DNA of 64,000 nucleotides from assembly GCA_030141605.1 (NCBI GenBank), contig JAQGDQ010000768.1, forward strand, positions 1 to 64,000, read 5' to 3'. This document shows, piece by piece, positions 1 to 10,009 of this stretch (positions are counted from its first letter, which is position 1; each line of letters begins with the position of its first letter). Position numbers and translations under genes: made by a program. Under the pieces are notes generated by a model. It worked only from the letters and a program-made list of their open reading frames with translations, was not told the DNA's origin and searched no databases. The stretch comes from Tubiluchus corallicola. Taxonomy: Eukaryota > Animalia > Priapulida.

Positions 1-157
1 TATAGTCGACGATTTTTTTAACCGATAGCGTCCAAATGCCTCCCCTTCTTGAAGGTTGCGCGAAGGTTACTGGCGTCGATGATGATGATGACGAGGGTGT
101 TCTTGTTGAAGATGTTGATGATGTTGTCCTCACCGTCGTTGGCGTTGATGACGACAT
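1..157 (-). CDS. Start of an inward-pointing ORF of element A (MSSSTPTTVRTTSSTSSTRTPSSSSSTPVTFAQPSRRGGIWTLSVKKNRRL...), runs off the window
   Basis: ATG at 157 on the minus strand just after a ttttttcttag acceptor, open to the window edge. Same position and S/T/P-rich character as the exon preceding PolB in element B. Confidence 0.4.
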   Translation of the reverse strand, partial: MSSSTPTTVRTTSSTSSTRTPSSSSSSTPVTFAQPSRRGGIWTLSVKKIVDY

Positions 158-1950
158 TTTGTTAATCTAAGAAAAAAGAATAGAGTCGTTTAAAGAATAT
201 TAACCAAGTAGCATTCGACCTATTCTTTTTTGTAATCAATGATACATTTATAGTATAGAGGCATTATTATTCAAGTAGAGTACAGAGAATAAGAGACATT
301 ATTATTATTCAAGTAGAGTATAGTCTTCATAAAGAATAAAATTTCCATTTTTTCTACTAAGTACCTTTCCTAATCACGCTTTCTTCGTAATAATACTAAG
401 AGATTACTATTTAAGGTTTTCATTTAAAAGTTATACACGCACGCCATTAATACTTACAGCCATCACCCGGATTGGACGTTTTTCTCACAATCAATTATTC
501 CAATCCGAGATTAACCATCTTCAATAGGTTCTTAGATGTACTATACCGTAGATATCCTAATAATAATATGTCTATCTTCTCTGCTAATGCTAACAAATTG
601 GTCAAAAGAATATGAATTAATACGACGAATATTATAATTTGCTGTTAATTCATCGCTAAAAGCGTTTACTTACTTACTTCGATTAGTTGTTTAAAAAGAA
701 ATTATTGAAGAATACAGCAAATATAATATACTTTCACACAATGTCATTTTGCGAATTAGCAAAGCAACTAGCCTTCCAATAATGCGAATATTAAATTATG
801 GTTCCCACTCACCGTCTTTGAAAGACAAGAAGAACGATGACTGCGAGCTATCTTTCTTGGCAATGTTCTAAAATTATCGAAGAAAAAAATGATGCTCTAA
901 AATCATTCTATCCTGTTTTAAAGCATTAAAATTTTTATACACACACGCACGCACGCACACACACAATTCTTCAATGTCCTCCTTTTCTTGGCTGCAAATC
1001 ATCAATGTTCTAAAATCAATTGCATTTTTTTCATATATACTAAGATTATTAATATAACTCACCCCAGAGAAAGGCGTTTTGAGTATGTGATCACAGAACT
1101 GTAACACGTTTGAACACGGCAAAGTCGTGACTGATTTTGATGACAAAACTAGTTCTTATATGGCCAGCGCTGGCCTTCGAGAAAATGACCTGGGGGGGAG
1201 CTTATCTCCGAAATCGCGAATAAAGTTACCACAACGGCGCGCCTGATGACGGTTAATCCACACTTAGCTAAGTGGCACGGAAGAGATACATTGACGTTTA
1301 AAGGTTCTCTTTCATGGATTCTGTGGGAAAAACTTTTCGGCTGCTGCAGCAAGATGATGCGATAATTATGATGATGATGATGATGATGATGATGATGTTA
1401 ATTAAGGGATTTTTTAGCACTTTGGCGCGGGTGCAGATTTCCGCACTCATTAGCAAAGCTTATTTTAATTTCTGCATAATCACCATTAATATATTTCTTT
1501 GTAGAAAAACACTACGTTATTTGGATGTAATAACGAGATTAGGTGAGAGCATTTGGGGGAGAAAAAATCCCTTCTAATTGCAATTTAAGTAGGGGTCGTT
1601 GGCTCGCTATTTTTCAAATAAAAGAGTTGTTTCCGCGAATGAAAAAGACCATACGTGTTCGTTCGTTTGCTCAGTGGCAGCACCGTGGACGCTCCGAAAT
1701 TTGGGGAAAGTGTAATTTTATTCTTTAGTGTGTTTTTTAGTTTTATAATGACACTTTATTGATTTTTCAATAGCAAAGCAATAGACTTTAATTACATCAT
1801 AATTCGCGTAAGTGAAATTCTTCTTCTTTTGCAATAAAGTGTGCACACGCGAATTCCATGTTATAACGTTTGAATAGCGTTAATTATTTTCTTACAGAAT
1901 ACGGCTTTATAAGAATTGACAAACACCGCTGTATCGCCTTAATCATCATC

Positions 1951-2661
1951 ATGGACCCAGAACGCATTTTCGGGTGCCAGGTGGCAGTGAGAAGATTACG
2001 CATTGTCACCTGCTATATATGCGGGCGGATCTGTCGTAGTATGAGAGCTATGCTGAGGCATGTCACAATTGATCATTATGGCCACGAAAGAAACTTTCTT
2101 TGCCACGTGTGTGGTCATACAGTCATGACGCAATTCGGTCTACGCTCTCATCTACTACAGAGACATCGAGCGAGACGACAGCGGCAGCAGCAGCAGCAAC
2201 AACAACAACAACGGCAGCATCAAAATGGTGGCCGAGATGGCGGCGACGATGATGATGATGATGATGATGCAGGGCCTTTTTTGTGCGGCCAATGCGGCCT
2301 GCTGTTCCACACATTGGCAGCTTTAGAGAGGCACGCCCCACAACAGCAGCAGCATCAAAATGGTGGCCGAGATGGCGACGATGATGATGATGATGACGAT
2401 GATGCTGCTGGTGGGCCGTTTTTGTGTGGGCAATGCGGCATGCTGTTCCACACATTGGCAGCTTTAGAGAGGCACGCCCCACAACAGCAGCAGCAACAAA
2501 ATGGTGGCTGTGATGATGACGACGACGACACCGATGATGATGATGACGACGACGACGACATGGATTATGATGATGATGATGAAGCAGAGCCATTTTTGTG
2601 TGGGCGATGTGGGCTGCTCTTACCCACATTAGCGGGTGTAACGTGGCACTCACATCTGTGA
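1951..2661 (+). CDS. C2H2 zinc-finger protein (236 aa) with polyQ/polyD linkers
   Basis: MDPERIF start after a cttacag acceptor. Fingers CYIC..HVTIDH and CHVC..HLLQRH plus three PFLCGxCG fingers, two of them from a recent internal duplication. Confidence 0.8.
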   Translation: MDPERIFGCQVAVRRLRIVTCYICGRICRSMRAMLRHVTIDHYGHERNFLCHVCGHTVMTQFGLRSHLLQRHRARRQRQQQQQQQQQRQHQNGGRDGGDDDDDDDDAGPFLCGQCGLLFHTLAALERHAPQQQQHQNGGRDGDDDDDDDDDAAGGPFLCGQCGMLFHTLAALERHAPQQQQQQNGGCDDDDDDTDDDDDDDDDMDYDDDDEAEPFLCGRCGLLLPTLAGVTWHSHL

Positions 2662-3403
2662 TGTGAGATTGTGCTAATGCTCGTATTGGACTAGCCGTAT
2701 TGGACGGAGTGAAGGATAATCATGCTCAGTGATGTGAGCCGGGTGTATGTTGCACCGATACGAGTTTGTGCTAATGTGACCGTATTGGACGGACAGAGTG
2801 AAGGAGGCTTTTCGGCAGCATCCATCCATCCTAGATAAAGGTAGGGTAAAATTTTAAAAAATTGTATCGTAACTTAAATATGGATAAAGAACATTCTAAC
2901 TATTTAATGACGAAAGTGTGCACGTAAAGAAATCTTTTAGTGTAGCCTCGCGCGCAAGTCAATTACGGGATTAAGACCCCATTATCTAGTAGCCAGCTAG
3001 GTGCGAGTCGATTACCGGATTAGGCACAATTATCTAGCTAAGGTGGAGCGAAGTGCGCTGGCGCGTGTCCTCGCCCCGCCTGCTTGCTCAATCGGATGAG
3101 TGCATTTACCGCAGTGGGGGTGTTCTCACCAGGCGTTTCATGCGGCCCAGGGTGCCCAATTCGTAAAACACCCCCCCCCCCGGAAAAGTTGTGGGAGTCC
3201 CAACCGTCACTCCTAATCCTTAAATTGGTCACTTAACTAGCAGAACAATAGAGCCACTTCACTTTTTTAGGGGTGTCCGCGGATTTTCGCACTTTTTAGG
3301 GGTGTTTTTGTCACCCATCCCCCACCACCCCTCACCCCCCCTCCCCCCCGGGCAGCCAAAGGGGGCCTGGCCTATCGGGCAGAGGTTAAACATCTTCACT
3401 ACT

Positions 3404-4392
3404 CGTATGTTTGTAAAGCCTAATTTGGTGTGCGGTGGAGGTAATCTTTCTTGCGCGCATGCGTCAACTTGATAGCATTCGCTTCTATGACGTTCAAAAG
3501 AAATACCTTTTGCATAGAATGGCCTTCGACATCTTTCAAAGAATTTACGTTTTTCACTAGATTTATTTAGCAGGCGGTCAAGATTGGTGATGGTTAGATA
3601 ATGACATTGAGTATAATCGGCTTGACTCGACTTAAGAGGATTGTAAAGTAAAATATTTATAAATTTCCTTCCTTCTGCCTATCGGCACGGAGGATTGTAT
3701 ATACGTTTTTAAAACGTTTGTTTTTAGCATCTCTGCTAGAATACATGAAAATGTTTAAACAATATTCGGGGTTAAATTTCGGAAAAGCTTTGGCGGCAGA
3801 AATCGGTTTGGCGGGAAATTCGATATGATGCCAATTGAAATTGTGAGCAAACTGATCATAACTGCGAGCAAAGCGTCTGGTCCAATTCGTTAATAAATGA
3901 TGATACAAAGAGCCTAAAATAGCATATTTGAAACGAGTGCATCGTGTTTAGAGGAGATATTGAGCAGCGCCCTTTTATTTACTCACTCACTGGGTAATTT
4001 ACAAAAGTCACATGCCCTTTGACACAAGAGAGACGTTCATACCTCGCCAGTTGAATTTCGATAAATGAGAAACCACTTATCACATAACCAGAGCTATCTC
4101 TCGAATAAGAATCGATATTTTCCACAATGGTGTCTCTGGCAATGCTATACCAAAAATCGAGAAATCCACTATGGAAATATGAATCTCTTTTTCCCTCTAC
4201 TAAATCATCTCCGAGCAGATGGTCACTTGTGGCACATACAATTATTTGTATGTGCATGGCAAACCCAGTTTTTAAATGCGCTTGCCCTAACATTTCAATG
4301 GCAACAGAAATATCATCCAAAATCCATTTTATATCTATGCCTAAGATTTTGCATCTCCATACGTGCAATGCGCCATCCACTAGTCATGTGCA
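3404..4392 (-). pseudogene. N-terminal region of a Polinton/adintovirus-type protein-primed DNA polymerase B, frameshifted
   Basis: Motifs in the expected order across frameshifts: SSGYVISGFSFIEIQLARYERL, FKYAILGSL, FNWHHIEFP, KFNPEYCLNIFMY, INILLY..CHYLTITNLDRLL, ERCRRPF..HRSEC, LPPPHTKLGFTN. Similarity stops exactly at the element A terminus. Confidence 0.7.
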
Positions 4393-4621
4393 CTGAAAAG
4401 AAAGAAAAAAGGACATGTTTCAGCACGAATCGACTGTAATCGAGTAGCACACACGCACACGCATTCATTTAATAACAGTAATAAAAGATTACTAACCTTT
4501 CACGATGGATGAATGATGTCGGTGTATTGGGTGGACGCATTTGTCGAATTGGAGTAGATCCATTTTCTTCCATACTAGTGGATGGCTGCATGGCTGTTGT
4601 TGTCGCCGTTAGTGGTACAGT

Positions 4622-4908
4622 ATTTATTCTTCTTCTTCTTCTCTTAAAACAGTCTAAATTTCTTTTCCAATATATGATACATTTATACTGTAGAGAATAA
4701 GTCGCATTATTAACCAAGCAGTGTACAGTCTTTATTCTTCTTCTAAAACAGTCTAAATTTCTTTTCCAATATATGATACATTTATACTGTAGAGAATAAG
4801 TCGCATTATTAACCAAGCAGTGTACAGTCTTTATTCTTCTTCTCCTAAAACAGTCTAAATTTCTTTTCCAATATATGATACATTTATAATGTAGAGAATA
4901 AGTCGCAT
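4622..4908. repeat. ~100-bp tandem repeat x3
   Basis: agtctaaatttcttttcc recurs at 4651, 4750 and 4852. Confidence 0.9.
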
Positions 4909-5370
4909 CGTATCAGTGTACAGACTTTATAAAAGTTTACAAATGGAAAAATTTATATATATATTAACCATTCAGTATACAGTCTTTATAAAGGAAAAAT
5001 TGTTTTCTTTTTGACTCTCTGATTAAACAATCGCTGTACAGACTTTGGTTAATATAATCAGTGTACAGACTTCATAAAGAATAAAAATTTCTATTTTCTA
5101 CTAACCACCTTTCTAATTTTCTGGCAAATCTATAAAATCTATAATATATAATAATATTATATAAATAATTTTCTATAAAATCCTAACCCCGGTTTCTTTG
5201 AAAAACTAAGAAAGAGATAATACACGCATCAAGCAAACAAAAGTACAGTCTTCCATTTAAAAATTATACTCGCCCGCTATTGCAATTTCCACGACAGGGC
5301 AATCTTTAAAATTGATACTTCCAGCTGTACTTTAACCTTGGAGTCTTCTCGGATTGGAGACACGTTGTTT

Positions 5371-5735
5371 TCCCACAATCAATTATCCCAATCCGAGATT
5401 AAGTATCCACAATGGGTTTCTGACCATGCTATGCCATTCTCACAATCAATTATCCCAATCCGAGATTAAGCATCCACAATGGGTTTCTGACCATGCTATA
5501 CCATTCTCACAATCAATTATCCCAATCCGAGATTAAGCATCCACAATGGGTTTCTGACCATGCTATACCATCCTCACAATCAATTATCCCAATCCGAGAT
5601 TAAGCATCCACAATGGGTTTCTGACCATGCTATACCATTCTCACAATCAATTATCCAAATCCGAGATTAAGCGTCCACAATGGGTTTCTGACCATGCTAT
5701 ACCATTCTCACAATCAATTATCCCAATCCGAGATT
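5371..5735. repeat. 67-bp tandem repeat x~5.5
   Basis: ccgagattaag recurs at 5392, 5460, 5527, 5594, 5661; a partial copy (ccgagatt) is at 5728. A single related copy lies at ~485-515. Confidence 0.95.
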
Positions 5736-6069
5736 GTGTGTGTGTGTGCGTGCGTGTGTGTGTGTGTGTGCGTGCGTGTGTGCACTTAAAATAAATTTCT
5801 TTAGTCTGTTTTTTACAGAGACACGTTCGCTTAATGCTTAAGCTGTATCTCTTATCTGTGAAAAACTAAGGCAATGCTCTGTTAAAAAAAACACTCACGC
5901 AATGCTTAAGCTATAACCACGCTGTTTAAATGATCGGTATTCATTATTTTTTACAGAATTTGACCAAATGCGAGTATACTGCATATTTGGTCAATTTACA
6001 GATCATCGTATTTTGACCACTCGCATAATTCTTAGAAGACTCGACGTTCATTGTACACGCACTATCATC

Positions 6070-6567
6070 ATGGGGCCGGACCATCTTCGCATTTTCAAGG
6101 CAAAAGTGGCAAGGGAAAAAATTGGATATTGCCAAGTGCGATGTATGTGGCCGTCTTTTTAAAAGCATGACTGCAATGAAACGGCACATCACCACCGTGC
6201 ATTGTGGACACGAGAAAATGCGTCTGTGTCATGTCTGTGGACATATGTTGATGACAGATAGTGGATTGCAGACACACCTTCGTAAACACTGGCGTTACGC
6301 CACAATATTATCGAACGAAACGTGAATACAAAGCCGTTTTTGTGCGAACACTGTGGTGGCCTCTTTAATACTTTAGTTGGTCTAAGGATGCACGCCAAAC
6401 TTAAGCATCAAAAGTGGTACAGTAGCGCCCTCAGTGTTCGCACAAAAACGGTTTTGTATTCATTGTTGCCGACTGTAAACTATTCGTACATGGTTTTGTA
6501 TTTAATGGTGTCGACTATAAAATATTCGTACATGGTTTTGTATTTAATGGTGTCGACTGTAAAATAG
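6070..6567 (+). pseudogene. C2H2 zinc-finger gene, paralogue of 1951-2661, two frameshifts
   Basis: MGPDHLRIFKAKVAREK / CDVCGRLFKSMTAMKRHITTVHCGHEKMRLCHVCGHMLMTDSGLQTHLRKH / KPFLCEHCGGLFNTLVGLRMHAKLKH aligns with the element A protein. Confidence 0.8.
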
Positions 6568-7898
6568 TCCTACATTATAATATCAATAAAAGTGTTATGT
6601 AATACATTTGCAATAACTTATAGTGATTTATTTAGTCATACATTATCTACTAAATATTTCTTTCTCTCGAGAAATAAAATTTTTAAGCATTGCCATTGAT
6701 TATTTAACGGCAACAGAAGTGACACATACACAAATTTTACACTCTCGCGAATAGGGATCTTTCAAAAACTGTGCAGGCTACCGACTTTCGTTAGCCTCGG
6801 CTCAAATACAAACGACTTTATACTACTAAACATTAAATGCCACACTGTGTGCTCTTAAAATACCTACACACACGCACACACTCAAATAGCTGCACAGAAG
6901 TCATCATTCAAAAACATCAATTATCTAATTATGTAATTATCTAACTGGCGTCGTTGTGTAACTGAACACCTCATCTGGTCAGTCGACAGATGCGCTAGTT
7001 AATTACCGGATTAAGACAATCATTAAGTAATTATCTATGGCAGGCATGCGCCGCACGTGACAGGTGCTCTCACCGGATGGCTGCATTCTAGTCCGGCGGG
7101 GGTGTTGGCGAGTGCCTTTTGCAGTTGCCTCGTAGCGGGTGGGGTCCCTAATTTGTAAAACACCCCCCGGAAAAATTGCAGGGGCGACGACCGTCACTCC
7201 TAATCCCTAAATCGTCGCTGTAATCGCCTAATTGACCACTTAACTAACAAAAACAATAGAATTACCGGGTCAGGGGTCATGCGTCCCCCCAGGCTGGGGT
7301 AATTAAATCAACCAGAAATGTATATTGCTAACTACTTACACAGACAAGAAATGAAATCTCCTCATATGAGTTACTGCCACATCAAAATTCACTTGTAAAG
7401 ACGAAATCTTTGTGCAGATGAATATGCAGCTTTAATAATAATATAATTTAATAAATGTTAGTAATAGTTAGAAAAATAAATACAGTTTAAATAAAAGCTC
7501 TTAAACTTTCTGTAACATACAGCGAACAAACAACATTGTTGCGCATGCGCAACTGGCCAATTACTAAGAATAATGAACACAGGTGGCTCTATATGCATGA
7601 AATAATAACACGGTCAGTTACAGATTTTTGTTAACGAAAACAAAAATGCTTGAATTAACTTGTAACGTTGTTATAACTTGGGTAAACTTAGACGAGTATT
7701 TGATGCAGAGATCGTTACAATCATTCTGATTATAATTTTAACTTCAAGCTGCTGCCTTGTAATTTTTAAGTGACAGGAAAATGAAAGACAAAAGAACAGA
7801 ACTGATATTTTCAGAGAATTGATCCTGGATTTTAACCAATGACGTCATAGGAAAATGTGTTTATGAAAACCAATGTAAAAATTGGTCCTTGTAATGCA

Positions 7899-9995
7899 CT
7901 TGAACTTGCACTTAGCAACAAATTTGAACCACTACTACAAGCCAACGATATTGAAGAACAGTGGAAAATATTCAAAGAAGCAGTAACAGCAGTTGCAGAT
8001 GAACAGATCGGCAGAAGAAGGGGTAACAGAAAAGAAATGTGGATACAAGAAAAAACTTGGGAATTAATTGATGAAAGAAAGAAGACTAAGCAAATGAGAG
8101 ACCAAGCAAAAACACCAGAAAGCAGGAGTCAAGCCAATGAGCAGTACCAACTGGCAGATAGAGCAGTAAAAAGACGTTGCAGGAGGGACAAGAACGAATG
8201 GTTTGAAAAGAAGGGTGAAGAAGCACAGTTAGCAGCCAGCCATAATGATACCAAGACTCTCTACAGAATTGTTAAAGATCTAACGGGAACAGGAGGCACC
8301 CCAGCTGTGCCAATCAAGAACAAAAGTGGTGTGACTCTCACAACAACAGAACAGCAAAACGCACGATGGGTGGAACACTTCAAGGAAGTTCTCAACCAGC
8401 CAAACCCAACAACATTATTCAATTTTGAGAATGAAATTGGACAACAACAGCTAGATGTAAGATTGGACAACATCAGTGAACTGGAAGTCGAAACTGCCAT
8501 CAAAAAACTAAAGAACAGCAAAGCAGCTGGAGAGGACCAAATAACAGCTGAGCTCCTGAAACACGGTAATAAAGGGATAACACGATCAATGACAAAGCTC
8601 CTGAACAGCTGCTGGGAACAACAAAAGGTCCCCGAAGATTGGAGAAATGGAGTCATCGTGAAGTTGCCTAAAAAAGGGAACCTGACAGATTGCAATAATT
8701 GGAGAGGAATAACTCTGATGTCAATACCTGGAAAAGTCCTGAGTATAGTGCTGCTAGATCGGTTGAGAGATGCTGTTGATATAAGACTAAGAGAACAACA
8801 AGCTGGATTTAGAAAAGGAAGATCATGCTGTGAACAGATATTCACTCTCAGAAACATCATTGAGCAATGTATGGAATTCCAACAGCCCTTATTAATCAAT
8901 TTTATTGATTTCAAGAAGGCTTTTGACTCTGTTCACAGGCAGTCTCTATGGAAAATTGCTTCTCTGTATGGTATCCCACAGAAATTCATTTCAACCATCC
9001 AGAACTTTTACCAAAACAGCGGCTGTTGTGTAAGAACACAAGAGGGAAACACCGAGTATTTCACCATCGAAACTGGAGTTAAGCAGGGTTGCATTATGTC
9101 GCCATTCCTGTTCCTACTGACGATTGATTTCATCATGAAGAAGGCGGTTGATGGTAAAGATCTAGGAATGCAATGGAAACAACAACAACGATTGGCAGAT
9201 CTGGACTTTGCTGACGATATAGCTCTTCTGGAAACATCAAAAGAAAGCCTGCAACAACTGACCACAAGTATGGAAGAAGTAGCGGGAAAAATTGGATTGA
9301 GAATTAGTCAAGAAAAGACCAAAGTTTTGAAAGTGTGGACAAACCAACAGAATGATGTGCATATAACAGTGGGAGGCCAAATGGTTAAGAACGTTACCAG
9401 TTTTTCATATCTGGGCAGTGTGATGACCTGTAATGGAGGTACAGAAAATGACATCAGGGGGAAAATCGGCAAAGCAACAGCAGTATTTAGGAAGATGGGA
9501 AAAATCTGGACAAGCAAGAAAATTGACATGAAAATCAAACTTCGTCTGTACAACGCCATTGTGCTGCCAACGGCTCTCTATGCCAGCGAAACCTGGAAAG
9601 TCACAGCGGAGTTATCAAAGAAACTGAACGTCTTCCACCAAAAATGCCTTCGAAAGATACTAAAAATCTCCTACCGCGACCATGTCACCAATGTAGAAGT
9701 TCTTCAACGAGCGCAGTCATTGCGGTTACAAGATATAGTTACAGAGAGAAGAATGAAACTGGCTGGACATATTCTCCGTCTATCAGAAAGTCGTTACGCC
9801 AAAACAGCAGTACAGTGGGAACCACCTGGTGGGAAACGAAAAAGAGGTCGGCCAAAAACAACGTGGCGCAGATCCTTCAAAGAAGACCTTCGAGCTGTCA
9901 ACATACGTTGGGAAAACGTAGAGAACGAAGCCGCCGATAGAACTCAGTGGAAAATGCTGTCTGCCCAATGTGCATCAATGCGCAGGAAGGACTAA
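7899..9995 (+). CDS. LINE reverse transcriptase (endonuclease domain missing)
   Basis: NWRGITLMS, QAGFRKGRSC, FIDFKKAFDSV, GVKQGCIMSPFLF, LDFADDIAL, YLGS, RKRGRPKTTW; no internal stops. Confidence 0.95.
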   Translation, partial: LELALSNKFEPLLQANDIEEQWKIFKEAVTAVADEQIGRRRGNRKEMWIQEKTWELIDERKKTKQMRDQAKTPESRSQANEQYQLADRAVKRRCRRDKNEWFEKKGEEAQLAASHNDTKTLYRIVKDLTGTGGTPAVPIKNKSGVTLTTTEQQNARWVEHFKEVLNQPNPTTLFNFENEIGQQQLDVRLDNISELEVETAIKKLKNSKAAGEDQITAELLKHGNKGITRSMTKLLNSCWEQQKVPEDWRNGVIVKLPKKGNLTDCNNWRGITLMSIPGKVLSIVLLDRLRDAVDIRLREQQAGFRKGRSCCEQIFTLRNIIEQCMEFQQPLLINFIDFKKAFDSVHRQSLWKIASLYGIPQKFISTIQNFYQNSGCCVRTQEGNTEYFTIETGVKQGCIMSPFLFLLTIDFIMKKAVDGKDLGMQWKQQQRLADLDFADDIALLETSKESLQQLTTSMEEVAGKIGLRISQEKTKVLKVWTNQQNDVHITVGGQMVKNVTSFSYLGSVMTCNGGTENDIRGKIGKATAVFRKMGKIWTSKKIDMKIKLRLYNAIVLPTALYASETWKVTAELSKKLNVFHQKCLRKILKISYRDHVTNVEVLQRAQSLRLQDIVTERRMKLAGHILRLSESRYAKTAVQWEPPGGKRKRGRPKTTWRRSFKEDLRAVNIRWENVENEAADRTQWKMLSAQCASMRRKD

Positions 9996-10009
9996 GGTCT
10001 AAGGTAAGG
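7899..10009 (+). mobile_element. 5'-truncated RTE-clade non-LTR retrotransposon
   Basis: Open RT ORF, very short 3' end with taagg repeats, AATGCA direct repeat at 7893-7898 and 10010-10015. Confidence 0.9.

Larger units (their letters stand above)
1..3403. mobile_element. Polinton/Maverick-like element A, right end (left part outside window)
   Basis: Ends in ACTACT at 3398-3403 (Polinton termini are AGTAGT...ACTACT). GC-rich subterminal block ~2960-3400 is homologous to ~7000-7336. Carries a ZnF gene and shares upstream blocks (321-520 vs 5070-5400) with element B. Confidence 0.7.
3404..7336. mobile_element. Polinton/Maverick-like element B, right end, degenerate, interrupted by element A
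   Basis: Ends in ACTACT at 7331-7336. Subterminal block homologous to element A (gtaaaacaccccccggaaaa...accgtcactcctaatcc...cacttaacta). Contains a PolB-like pseudogene and a ZnF pseudogene. Confidence 0.7.

Noticed and set aside
7857-7898. N-terminal extension of the RT ORF
   Set aside because: Lies outside the TSD-defined insertion; chance read-through from flanking DNA.
8261-9968. Antisense and alternate-frame ORFs over the LINE (and over the ankyrin and ZnF genes)
   Set aside because: Shadow ORFs of real coding sequence.
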